Assembly: GCA_034408725.1 (NCBI GenBank) | Contig: JAWXCN010000074.1 | Span: forward strand, 1-22,567 | DNA: 22,567 bases | Direction of reading: 5' to 3' | Source of the DNA: Candidatus Hydrogenedentota bacterium | Lineage (GTDB): Bacteria > Hydrogenedentota > Hydrogenedentia > Hydrogenedentales > SLHB01 | Part shown: in pieces, positions 7,910-16,670 of the stretch | Layout: every line of letters starts with the position of its first letter | Position numbering within the stretch: position 1 is the stretch's first letter | Translations under genes and position numbers: made by a program | Notes under the pieces: model-generated | Told to the model about the DNA's origin: nothing | The model's input: only the letters and a program-made list of their open reading frames with translations | Database searches by the model: none

Positions 7910-9895
7910 ATGCGAAAAAACGACGAATTTTCACGGCGTAATTTTATCGCCGGCCTTGGCGCGGCGGCGGGCATTGGTTACTCGCTGGCGGTGAAGGCCG
8001 AAGACTTGATCGCCACGCCGCTTCCATCATCTTCCACCGACGATATTCGCGCGAAGCTCGAAGTGCTTACCCAAGAAACTCCGGTAGATGCGCGCATCGC
8101 CGCCGAACCGAATATGCACGTCATTGAACTCGACTGCGACTTCCTGGTCGCGGGCGGTGGCATGGCGGGTGTCTGCGCCACACTCGCCGCCGCGCGGCAG
8201 GGGGCCAGGACAATTCTCGTGCAGGACCGTTCGCGCCTGGGCGGTAATGCGAGCAGTGAAGTCCGGATGCACATTGTCGGCGCGGACCACCACGGCACCC
8301 GGCCGGGGTGGCGTGAGGGTGGGATCATCGAAGAGCTCCGCCTCGAAAATGTCGTGCGCAATCCGGAATCGAATTGGGAAATGTGGGACTTCCTGCTCTA
8401 CGACAAAGTCGTATCCGAGCGGAATGTTCACCTTCTCCTGGACAGCGTGTTGTACGGCGTTTCAATGGATAGCGGCCGGATCCAGGAAGTGCTCGTGCGC
8501 TGCGACAAGACCGAACACATTTACCGAATCAGGGCAAAACAGTTCGCGGATTGCACCGGGGATTGCAGACTTGGACTCGAGGCCGGCGCGAAGATTCGCG
8601 TGGGACATGAAGCACGCGACGTGTTCAACGAACCGCTCGCGCCGGAAGCCGGTGGCACGGGCACACTCGGAAGCAGCATCCTGTTCACATCGAAGGAATA
8701 CGATCGCCCGATGCCATTCACCCCGCCAGGCTGGGCGCGCAAGATTGAAAAACGACATTTGATCCACCGGAAAATCCGCTCGTGGGAATACGGCTATTGG
8801 TGGATTGAATGGGGCGGCAACCACAGCGCGGTGTTCGACAATGAGCGAATCCGATTCGAGTTGTTATCAATCGTCATGGGCGTGTGGGATTACATCAAGA
8901 ACTCGGGCGAGCATCCCGAAAGCGCGAGTTGGGCCATGGACTGGGTGGGCATGATCCCCGGGAAACGCGCCAGCCGCCGCATGGACGGGCCGCACATCCT
9001 GACGCAACATGATCTGATGAATATGACGGCTGAGTTTGACGACGCGGCGGCGATTGGCGGGTGGCCTTTCGACAACCATCCGCCGACTGGATTTGACGAT
9101 CCCGAAATTCCGCCCTTTGTTTCGATATCCACCGCGGATACCTACAACATGCCACTGCGCGCGTTCTATTCGGTGAACGTGCCGAACCTGTTCATGGCGG
9201 GACGCAACATCAGCACATCGCACGTGGCATTTGGCTCGGCGCGCGTCATGGCCACCTGCTCGGTCGCCGGCCAGGCGGTCGGCACGGCGGCTGCCTTTTG
9301 CGTGGCAGAAGGCATCGATCCGCGGGGTCTGTATGATGACAAACGGCTGCTGAAAACGTACCAACAAATGCTGTTGCGCAATGATCAGACCATCCGCAAC
9401 GTGCGCAACGAAGACCCCGCCGATCTTGCGCGAACCGCCGCAACGATGGCGTCCAGTGAAGTTGCGCCCAGCAATGCCGCGAACGTGGTGAATGGGTATG
9501 TGCGCGATCTGCCGGGGCAATGGGCGAACCGTTGGGGCGGTCAAATGGACGCGGACGGGGCGTGGATCGAGTTGTCGTGGAATGCGCCGCGAACGATCTC
9601 GAGCGTTCAAATTACTTTTGATACCGGGTTTGAACGACAACTAACGTTGTCCGAGCAGAACGCGACAAAGAAGACTATTAAGTTTGGACCACAACCAGAA
9701 ACCGTGAAGGACTACACCATTTCGTATATGAACGGCGATGGCACATTCACGACACTCGCCGAAGTGAAAGGCAATTACCAGAGACTCCGCCGACATGTCT
9801 TCGACCCGATACGAACCAAAACCATCCGCATTCAGGTTCACGCAACCAATGGCTGCGAAGAAGCCCGGATATTTGAAATTCGTTGCTACGCATGA
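7910..9895 (+). CDS. Tat-exported FAD-dependent oxidoreductase (FAD_oxidored / PF12831-like) with a probable C-terminal discoidin (F5/8-type) domain
   Basis: Twin-arginine SRRNFI. Rossmann motif VAGGGMAG...AAARQG...LGGNASSE, plus DCTGD, GKRASRR, NLFMAGRNIS.SHVAFGSARVMAT. The C-terminal beta-sandwich pattern is NVVNG...W...WIELSW...IRI.V.ATNG...ARIFEIRCY. Confidence 0.85.
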   Translation: MRKNDEFSRRNFIAGLGAAAGIGYSLAVKAEDLIATPLPSSSTDDIRAKLEVLTQETPVDARIAAEPNMHVIELDCDFLVAGGGMAGVCATLAAARQGARTILVQDRSRLGGNASSEVRMHIVGADHHGTRPGWREGGIIEELRLENVVRNPESNWEMWDFLLYDKVVSERNVHLLLDSVLYGVSMDSGRIQEVLVRCDKTEHIYRIRAKQFADCTGDCRLGLEAGAKIRVGHEARDVFNEPLAPEAGGTGTLGSSILFTSKEYDRPMPFTPPGWARKIEKRHLIHRKIRSWEYGYWWIEWGGNHSAVFDNERIRFELLSIVMGVWDYIKNSGEHPESASWAMDWVGMIPGKRASRRMDGPHILTQHDLMNMTAEFDDAAAIGGWPFDNHPPTGFDDPEIPPFVSISTADTYNMPLRAFYSVNVPNLFMAGRNISTSHVAFGSARVMATCSVAGQAVGTAAAFCVAEGIDPRGLYDDKRLLKTYQQMLLRNDQTIRNVRNEDPADLARTAATMASSEVAPSNAANVVNGYVRDLPGQWANRWGGQMDADGAWIELSWNAPRTISSVQITFDTGFERQLTLSEQNATKKTIKFGPQPETVKDYTISYMNGDGTFTTLAEVKGNYQRLRRHVFDPIRTKTIRIQVHATNGCEEARIFEIRCYA

Positions 9896-9898
9896 ACC

Positions 9899-9964
9899 CG
9901 GAGGGCGGGTTTGCCATTGATTGTTTTAATTCAGAAAATGGCGGGTTGGAAAACCCTCCCTCCG
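9899..9964. repeat. REP-like inverted repeat between convergent genes; possible bidirectional terminator
   Basis: CGGAGGGCGGGTTT (9899-9912) pairs with AAACCCTCCCTCCG (9951-9964) with 1 mismatch. Inner arms are GCCATT (9913-9918) and AATGGC (9937-9942). Confidence 0.65.
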
Positions 9965-9970
9965 TCCGCG

Positions 9971-11260
9971 CTAATTAGCGGCGCAATCTTCGGGAAACTT
10001 CACCATTGCGCCGGATTCAATCGCCTCATTCGCAATCACGATTGTCGCGGTATTCTCCAAGCCGACGTGGACATCGCACACGGTCTTCCGGTTTCCCGCG
10101 CGCACATCATTCACGAACGACAATAGCTCCGCGCGCGTATCATCCGCTTCGCTTCGAATCTCCATCGCTTTTCCACGGTGCGCCCACGGACTGTCCGGGA
10201 CGACCAGGGTCGCGCCGCTGATGCCATCGAATTTCTTGTCCGTTGGAGGTGCGGCCACAACAGGCGCCTTGTTGCTTTCGCTATAAAACAGGCCAAGCTT
10301 CTGCGACAACAACAAACTGCCCTTGGTGCCCATGACCAGTTCCGACACGCCCTCGTGCGCGTTGGTCTGGATCGTTGAATACGTCACGCGCACAACCTGT
10401 GGCTTGCCTTCGCCCGCGTCCGGCACTTCATAGGTGTAGGTGCAGAACACGTTGTCGAATACTTCCCGGCCGTCTTTCCAATAATCCACGCCGCCCATTC
10501 CAATGACCCCCTTTGGTGGAACGCGGAGCAGCCGATTTACGACGTCCATCTGGTGGCTGCCCAGCTCCGCCATGAGTCCCTGCGAGTAGGCGAAGTACAA
10601 TCGCCAGTTTAATTTGTGTTCGAGCATTTTGTAATCGGCATGATCAACATTCACCGGGACGGGTCTGCGCCAGTCCCCGTTGCGGTGCCATTGGCATTTT
10701 ATGGCCGTAATCGTGCCGAGCAAGCCGGTCTGAATCATCGCTTCCGCTTGCTCGTAGATCGCGTTGGAACGGCGTTGAAGGCCCACCTGAAAAATGGCGC
10801 CGTGCGTTTTTACCAACACCGCCAAGCGGCGCGCTTCCTCAATCGTGCGGCACATGGTCTTTTCGCAAAACACCGGCAACCCGCGCTCAATGGCCGCGGC
10901 GCACATTGGATAATGCAAGTGTAACGGCGTCGCGACCACCAGCGCATCGAGCTGCGTTGTATCAAGCATTGCTTCAAACGTGTCAAACGCCCGCGGGTTT
11001 TGACCCGCAGCCTCGCTCCCCTGCGCCAAATGCGGGGGATAGTCGTCGCACACGGCCACCACCCGCGCCAGTTGAATGGTCGCGAGCGCGCGGAGTAAAT
11101 CGCAGCCGCGGCTGCCCGCCCCGGCGATGCCGAGCCGCACGGCTTGATCTGGTTGCGCGGATGCATTCACGCCGCCGGCGGCCATAACGGTTGCGCCCGC
11201 GGCTGACTGCATAAAGGTTCTCCGGGATTGCAGTCCCTTGCCGCTCGTATTCCATTTCAT
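9971..11260 (-). CDS. Tat-exported Gfo/Idh/MocA family NAD(P)-dependent oxidoreductase
   Basis: SRRTFM Tat motif, GIAGAGSRG, VVATPLHLH, VFCEKTM, QVGLQRRS, NWRLY...GLMAELGSHQMD. ATG 11260 is favoured by GAGGA RBS spacing. Confidence 0.88.
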   Translation of the reverse strand: MKWNTSGKGLQSRRTFMQSAAGATVMAAGGVNASAQPDQAVRLGIAGAGSRGCDLLRALATIQLARVVAVCDDYPPHLAQGSEAAGQNPRAFDTFEAMLDTTQLDALVVATPLHLHYPMCAAAIERGLPVFCEKTMCRTIEEARRLAVLVKTHGAIFQVGLQRRSNAIYEQAEAMIQTGLLGTITAIKCQWHRNGDWRRPVPVNVDHADYKMLEHKLNWRLYFAYSQGLMAELGSHQMDVVNRLLRVPPKGVIGMGGVDYWKDGREVFDNVFCTYTYEVPDAGEGKPQVVRVTYSTIQTNAHEGVSELVMGTKGSLLLSQKLGLFYSESNKAPVVAAPPTDKKFDGISGATLVVPDSPWAHRGKAMEIRSEADDTRAELLSFVNDVRAGNRKTVCDVHVGLENTATIVIANEAIESGAMVKFPEDCAAN

Positions 11261-11669
11261 AAACAATGTTCCTCAATGTCCAGTATCCCGAAAGTACAAT
11301 GTACTCTATCCGCCACGGGCGTGCGCCTTCGGGCTGCTCCCGCCCATTACGTTTTTCGGAAGCAAACGTTTTGAATTTGTCAATAGGCGGATTGTAATTT
11401 TTTTCTGTCAGTTTCAAGACAAGTCACGGACATCACTTCTGATTTCTGGTTTCGGAATGCCCCCCACTAAGAATTTTTTTTATGGGGGTTGTCCCTGAGC
11501 CGGAATGTTTGCCCGCCCCATCGCGTTAACTGCGACAAGTAGGAAAAGGGGCACTCCCTCTCCCTACCCAGATTGTAACGGTGCATCTGCAAATGGTTGC
11601 CCGGTTCTATCGTGGTGTTGTGGTTGGTTGTGTAGTAAGTAGTTAGTTGACGGTTGGAGGAGCAAATTC

Positions 11670-12317
11670 ATGAACAGGCAAACATGGGCTCGGGTACTTT
11701 TTGCGTGCGCCATCTGCGCCATCCCGGTGCATGCGGAAATAATCTACGACAATGGAACGTCGCTGGCGCAGGGCGGTTTGCTGTCCACGGTGGACACGCA
11801 TTACATTGCTGCGGACAACTTTATTTTGGTGGAAGGCACTACGACGTTGACGGATATCCATTGGTGGGGATATTACGTCGATGAAATCTTGCCGACGGAT
11901 GCGTTCACTGCATTTATCTATTCTGATGATGGCGGAGAACCGGGCACGGTGCTCCATACGTTCACAGACCCGGTCGTGCGGACTGATACGGGTGATCTGA
12001 CCTTTGGCGAATACACCGAATTTGAGTATCAGATGGACGTCAGCCCCGTGGAACTGACCGCGGGAACTACGTACTGGCTGGCGATTCAGAACGACGTGGA
12101 TTGCAACTGGTTCTGGTCCATTACTGACTTCAGTGGCGGCGATGCCCATCAAAAGCTGCAAAACTGGACGAATCAGGACGTTGAATTGGCATTCAATCTG
12201 ACAGGCCCGGACACGAACGGCGCTATCGTTCCTGAACCGGCGAGTCTTTCGCTGCTGGGCATGGGACTGGTCGGGTTCGCGTTGCGGCGGAGATTCACTG
12301 CCGGTCCTAAAAACTGA
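11670..12317 (+). CDS. PEP-CTERM sorting-domain surface protein
   Basis: GGAGGAG RBS and Sec signal peptide ending VHA. The acidic beta-rich domain contains ADNF...WWG...LTAGTTYWLAIQ. The C-terminal VPEPASLSLLGMGLVGFALRRR is a canonical exosortase target. Confidence 0.9.
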   Translation: MNRQTWARVLFACAICAIPVHAEIIYDNGTSLAQGGLLSTVDTHYIAADNFILVEGTTTLTDIHWWGYYVDEILPTDAFTAFIYSDDGGEPGTVLHTFTDPVVRTDTGDLTFGEYTEFEYQMDVSPVELTAGTTYWLAIQNDVDCNWFWSITDFSGGDAHQKLQNWTNQDVELAFNLTGPDTNGAIVPEPASLSLLGMGLVGFALRRRFTAGPKN

Positions 12318-12339
12318 ACTATACCCCCCGAAGACGATG

Positions 12340-12376
12340 ACCGCGCCCCGTGTAGAAAATCCACACGGGGCGCGGT
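12340..12376. terminator. GC-rich hairpin between convergent genes; likely terminator
   Basis: Perfect 14-bp stem ACCGCGCCCCGTGT / ACACGGGGCGCGGT with a 9-nt loop. No strong U-tract. Confidence 0.6.
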
Positions 12377-12397
12377 AAGTTTCCAGCCAGTCTTGGG

Positions 12398-13777
12398 TTA
12401 AAGCCCCCTGACGCGCCACCCCCGGCGATATTTCCCGCGCAAGAAACGGTTTGCCTCGCGGTTGTTCGTAAACTGAATCCTGCTTGCGTCCCATTCCAGC
12501 GTTTGACCGGGGAAACGCCCCGCGATATTGGACAGCAGCACGGCCTCGGTCATAGGCCCGGCATAATCAAAATTGCTGCCGCAAACTCCGTTGCCTAATG
12601 CCGCCTCAACAAATGCGTGATAGTGGTTCAGCGGCTCGAGTGCCGGCTTGGGATAGTTCACGAATTTCTCGACGGGGTGGAGTTCGGGAGCACCGACGTG
12701 GGGAATGACCAGGGTACCGTCTTCGCCTATGACAATGGAGCCGCTTGGCGGCACCGCGTAGTCCCTGGGCAAGTGTGGCGACACGCTGGCGTCAGGTTTC
12801 TTGAGTCCATCGAGCCAGGTCGCGTTGATGGTCTTTCCAGCGGTAAGTGGGGCGCCCGTAAAGACATATTTCGAGATCGCCCATTCCGGCCAGAACTCTT
12901 CGCAATTGCTTTCGACTTCCGCCGTCACCGTGAGCGGCGCGCCAATCTGCAGCGCCGTGAAGATGGGGTCGAAGATGTGGCACCCGAAATCCCCCGTGGC
13001 GCCATCTCCGAAATCGCGCCAGGTCCGCCACCAGAACGGATGGTACGCCGCCTGTTTCGACGGTTTGTCGGGACTCTCCGAAAACCAGACTTCCCGCTCA
13101 GCCTTGAAGGGCCGCTCCGGCGCGCCGCCGAGCCAGAGGTCCCAGTCGAGTGTAGGTGGAATTGGGTCTGATCCCTCCGGCCGCAGCTTGTTGCCTGTCG
13201 GGAAGTGCGCGCCGGCCCAGGAGTACCACTCCGTCACCTTGCCAATCGCGCCTTCCTTCATCCAATGCACGGCGGTCCGGTAGAAATCATGGGACTGAAT
13301 CTGGTTGCCCATCTGCGTGGCCACGCCTTTTTTGGCGGCGGCCAGCCTCAACGCACGCGCTTCGTGGACGTAGTGCGTGAGTGGTTTCTCGCAGAAAACG
13401 TGCTTGCCCTTGCGGATGGCGGTCATCGACGCGGGCGCATGCATATGATCTGGAATGCCGACACTGACGGAGTCGATATTTTTCTCTTCCTGCTCGAGCA
13501 TCTCGCGCCAGTCGCGGTACAGGCGCGCGCCGGGATAAGTCTGCTTTGCCTTTTCGAGGTTCTGTGAATCCACGTCGCACAGCGCGATTACGTCCACCTT
13601 GCCGCTGCTGAAAATCTGGCTGAGGTCGTAGCCTCCCTGCCCGTTCACGCCGATAGCCGCGTGTTGCAGCTTGCCCGATGGCGGCGCGGCAAAGCTCAGC
13701 CGCGGAACGATCAGCGGCATGGCGACGGACGCGACCGCGGCGCGTTTCATAAAGTCTCTGCGAGAAATATCTTTCAT
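12398..13777 (-). CDS. Tat-exported Gfo/Idh/MocA family NAD(P)-dependent oxidoreductase
   Basis: Start MKDISRRDFMK (Tat), IGVNGQG, IPDHMHA, KHVFCEKPLTH, TQMGNQ, LDWDLWLG, WR.WRDFGDGATGDFGCHIFD, C-terminal YRRGW. Confidence 0.9.
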   Translation of the reverse strand: MKDISRRDFMKRAAVASVAMPLIVPRLSFAAPPSGKLQHAAIGVNGQGGYDLSQIFSSGKVDVIALCDVDSQNLEKAKQTYPGARLYRDWREMLEQEEKNIDSVSVGIPDHMHAPASMTAIRKGKHVFCEKPLTHYVHEARALRLAAAKKGVATQMGNQIQSHDFYRTAVHWMKEGAIGKVTEWYSWAGAHFPTGNKLRPEGSDPIPPTLDWDLWLGGAPERPFKAEREVWFSESPDKPSKQAAYHPFWWRTWRDFGDGATGDFGCHIFDPIFTALQIGAPLTVTAEVESNCEEFWPEWAISKYVFTGAPLTAGKTINATWLDGLKKPDASVSPHLPRDYAVPPSGSIVIGEDGTLVIPHVGAPELHPVEKFVNYPKPALEPLNHYHAFVEAALGNGVCGSNFDYAGPMTEAVLLSNIAGRFPGQTLEWDASRIQFTNNREANRFLRGKYRRGWRVRGL

Positions 13778-13885
13778 AATCAAACCCCTGAAAAACCCGC
13801 CAATGTCCGCGCCGCACGGGTATAAGTTATGTATTGGCGCCAAAGCGAAAGTGTACGCTCTTACACGACGGATTTCACGCCCGCT

Positions 13886-14365
13886 TTACGGGGAATTGTG
13901 ATTCTGCAATAACCAATACTTGCGGAATGAACGCAGACGGGGCAAAGACTCCATGTCCTTCGCTCTTCTCGACGCTTCTTTGCTTCCAATAATGTCGTCG
14001 ATGTGGCACACATGAAAACCGTCTATCACTACGTGTCGCCGCCATGCGCCCTCAAACCGTTCGATGCCATCCGGCGCGAACACCAAGTCTACGTCAAACG
14101 GTCCGTTTTTTAACTGGACGAAGTCTTTCCCGCGCTCGATTTCACCCGCACGTGAATCTGTTATTTCGAAGTTTAGCTCGCGAAGGGCGGCGACGATAGC
14201 GCGGCCATTTTCCGGAGATTTTTCGGGATATATAACGGCGACTTGCGTTGAATCAGGAAACCCGAGCAGGATCGCCCCGGATTTTCCGATAAAAAGGTAG
14301 CGCACACCGTGCTTGTTGAATGCATCGCGGATTTCTTCCGCCTGGCGGTAGTCAAACACGGCCAT
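13886..14365 (-). CDS. Minimal nucleotidyltransferase-like protein (Pol-beta superfamily fold inferred) with a degenerate DxD motif
   Basis: The pattern GVRYLFIG-x-x-GAILLG-x-P-x-x-T-x-[V-A-V] ... FDVDL ... DIIGSK-x-x-x-x-R-x-KD matches small stand-alone NTases. The start overlaps the upstream ORF by 14 nt. Confidence 0.6.
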   Translation of the reverse strand: MAVFDYRQAEEIRDAFNKHGVRYLFIGKSGAILLGFPDSTQVAVIYPEKSPENGRAIVAALRELNFEITDSRAGEIERGKDFVQLKNGPFDVDLVFAPDGIERFEGAWRRHVVIDGFHVCHIDDIIGSKEASRRAKDMESLPRLRSFRKYWLLQNHNSP

Positions 14366-14582
14366 AGCCGAGCCAATCCGGTAGATTCGCTTCGCACCAT
14401 GCCCGGTAATCGGCCATCGTATCGAAGGAACGGTAGGGTTCGTCGTCCATCACCGGCTCGCACGTCTTGATAAACGCATAGCGGAAACGCTCTCGCAACG
14501 GACGCCGCGCCGCGGCCTCGAATTCAGCAAGCCAATCCGCGGGAATGTCTCCCGAATCGGGGTCTTCGGATTCGGGTGTCAT
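14352..14582 (-). CDS. Small hypothetical protein (about 76 aa); putative partner of the NTase-like protein
   Basis: ATG 14582 overlaps the dinB stop (ATGA), with an alternative GTG at 14600. The 3' end overlaps the next gene. The sequence is protein-like and aromatic/acidic (RSFDTMADYRAWCEANLPDWLGY). Confidence 0.65.
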   Translation of the reverse strand: MTPESEDPDSGDIPADWLAEFEAAARRPLRERFRYAFIKTCEPVMDDEPYRSFDTMADYRAWCEANLPDWLGYGRV

Positions 14583-15064
14583 GTTTGCTTCGGTGTCCAC
14601 AGCCGTCCTTCACGCGCGAACTGGATCTGTTCGAGGTGGTGGTCCGTGTGATAACAAAGATAATTCAGAATCGCAGAAACGGTTACGGGACCGTTTTCAG
14701 AATGGTTGATCATGTTTGAAAATGTGAGTTCCGGCATCTGCTCCACGTAATACAAAATCTGGCCGCGCAACCCGAGGAACATGTTTTTGCATACCTCGAT
14801 GGGCCGCTCGTCATATCGCAGCGCGGACACCCAGCGATCATGGTCGAACGCAAACACGATGCTGCCCGGCTCGGCCAACGCGCGGCTGTAGCGCCATAAA
14901 TGCACCATCTCGACATCCGCGAGATGCACGAGAATCTGCCGCACAGTCCATTTGCCGGGAGCATACTGCTTGGGCCAATCGGATTCCGGGCCGTTATACG
15001 CGGAGATTGCCGCTTCACAGGATTTTTTGAGACTAGAGAGAATTTGCGGTTTGTTAAGGTTCAT
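14579..15064 (-). CDS. DinB/YfiT-like four-helix putative metalloprotein
   Basis: YAPGKWTVRQILVHLADVE, FDHDRW, HSENGPVT and the C-terminal metal-binding motif HTDHHLEQI. Start placed at ATG 15064 because the longer ORF overlaps gltD. Confidence 0.85.
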   Translation of the reverse strand: MNLNKPQILSSLKKSCEAAISAYNGPESDWPKQYAPGKWTVRQILVHLADVEMVHLWRYSRALAEPGSIVFAFDHDRWVSALRYDERPIEVCKNMFLGLRGQILYYVEQMPELTFSNMINHSENGPVTVSAILNYLCYHTDHHLEQIQFAREGRLWTPKQT

Positions 15065-15164
15065 AACTTTTACTCCGATTTCCGGCGAATCACAAGCGGC
15101 CCTTGGCCCGTCAATGAAACGGGCGGCCCTTACTGACCGCCCCTCGGAACGATTGCATTCCCAA

Positions 15165-16670
15165 CTATCGGCCAGAGACTTCCACCGCGTCATACCCATG
15201 CGTATACGCGCTTGGCAGATCCGAATGGCCCATGAGCACGATGTCGATGGCGCGGGCGGCTTCGCGGCCTTCGTGGATGGCCCAGACGACGAGCGATTGT
15301 CCACGGCGCGCGTCGCCCGCGGCGAAAATATTTTCGCGGCTGGTGGCGTATTTTCCGAATTCGGCTTTGATGTTTCCCCGCGGATCGAGTTCGAGGCCGA
15401 GCTGGTTGGGCAGGCTATGCTCGGGGTGAATGAAACCGAGGGCGAGCAATACGAGTTCGCACTTGAGCTCGAATTCGGTGCCAGGAATTTCCTTCATCTG
15501 CATACGGCCCGCGGCGTCCGCTTCCCATTCTATGCGGACGCACTTTAATCCCTTTACCTTGCCATCTTCGCCGGTGAATTCTTTGGTGAGAATGCTCCAG
15601 TCGCGCTTGCCGCCTTCTTCGTGACTGGAGGAGGTCCGCAGGATAACTGGCCACAGGGGCCATGGTGTGCGTTCGTTGTGTCCATCGGGAGGTTTTGGCA
15701 ACAGCTCGAGCGACCAGACCTGCTTCGCGCCCTGACGAATGCTCGTGCCGTGACAGTCGGAGCCCGTGTCGCCGCCGCCGAGGATGATCACGTTTTTGCC
15801 GGTCGCGGTGATTTCCTTTTCCGCGACGGCTTTGTTCGACACGCGGCGGTTTTGCTGTATGAGGAACTGCATGGCAAAATGGATGCCTTCAAGTTCACGT
15901 CCGGGGATGGGCAGATCGCGCGGCTGCGTCGAGCCCGCCGTGATCAGTACCGCATCAAACTCCTTTTCGAGATCGTTCGCGTCGATGTCTATGCCGACCT
16001 CAACGCCGCATTTGAACGTGACGCCCTCCGCTTCCATCTGCCGAAGCCGGCGGCGCACGATGTCCTTGTTCAACTTGAAATCGGGAATGCCGTAGAGCAA
16101 CAGTCCGCCTGGTTCATCCGATCGTTCGTAGATCGTCACGTCGTGACCCGCGCGGCACAACTGCTGACCCGCGGCGAGACCCGCGGGACCAGCGCCAATG
16201 ACGGCGACTTTCTTGCCAGTCTTGCGCTGCGGCGGTTCCGGCTTGATCGCGTTCGACTCGAATCCATGATCAGCAATCGCGCGCTCGATCAATTTAATTG
16301 TGACCGGTGGCTCGTTGATGCCCAACACACAGGCCGCTTCGCACGGCGCGGGACAAACGCGCCCGGTAAACTCCGGAAAATTGTTGGTCGAGTGCAAGCG
16401 TTCGAGGGCTTCGTCCCATCTCGCGTCTTTCACGAAATCGTTGAAATCGGGAATGATGTTGCCCAGTGGGCAGCCGGACATGCAAAACGGCACGCCGCAA
16501 TTCATGCAGCGGTATCCCTGCTCGGCCATTTTGTGGTCGTCGAAATCGGTCAGGAACTCGTCCCAGTGTTTGACGCGGTCTTTCTTGTCCTTGTACGAAG
16601 GCGTTTCGCGCTCATATACCATGAAGCCCTTTTCCTTGGGCGGAAATCCGTTGTTACTATTTTTGGGCAT
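15165..16670 (-). CDS. gltD: Glutamate synthase small (beta) subunit
   Basis: RCMNCGVPFC..GCPLGNIIP, NNFPEFTGRVCPAPCEAAC, VIGAGPAGL, GGGDTGSDC, FAAGDARRGQSLVVWAIHEGR. ATG 16670 overlaps the end of gltB. Confidence 0.96.
   Translation of the reverse strand: MPKNSNNGFPPKEKGFMVYERETPSYKDKKDRVKHWDEFLTDFDDHKMAEQGYRCMNCGVPFCMSGCPLGNIIPDFNDFVKDARWDEALERLHSTNNFPEFTGRVCPAPCEAACVLGINEPPVTIKLIERAIADHGFESNAIKPEPPQRKTGKKVAVIGAGPAGLAAGQQLCRAGHDVTIYERSDEPGGLLLYGIPDFKLNKDIVRRRLRQMEAEGVTFKCGVEVGIDIDANDLEKEFDAVLITAGSTQPRDLPIPGRELEGIHFAMQFLIQQNRRVSNKAVAEKEITATGKNVIILGGGDTGSDCHGTSIRQGAKQVWSLELLPKPPDGHNERTPWPLWPVILRTSSSHEEGGKRDWSILTKEFTGEDGKVKGLKCVRIEWEADAAGRMQMKEIPGTEFELKCELVLLALGFIHPEHSLPNQLGLELDPRGNIKAEFGKYATSRENIFAAGDARRGQSLVVWAIHEGREAARAIDIVLMGHSDLPSAYTHGYDAVEVSGR

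Noticed and set aside
11587-11600. Possible sigma54 promoter for the PEP-CTERM gene (CTGCAAATGGTTGC)
   Set aside because: Has the TTGC -12 element but lacks the invariant GG at -24.
11643-12494. 283-aa minus-strand ORF
   Set aside because: Antisense to the well-supported PEP-CTERM gene and overlaps the end of the Gfo/Idh/MocA gene.
15065-15304. N-terminal extension of the DinB ORF to 241 aa
   Set aside because: Overlaps the 3' end of gltD and the intergenic region. The DinB-like sequence starts near ATG 15064.
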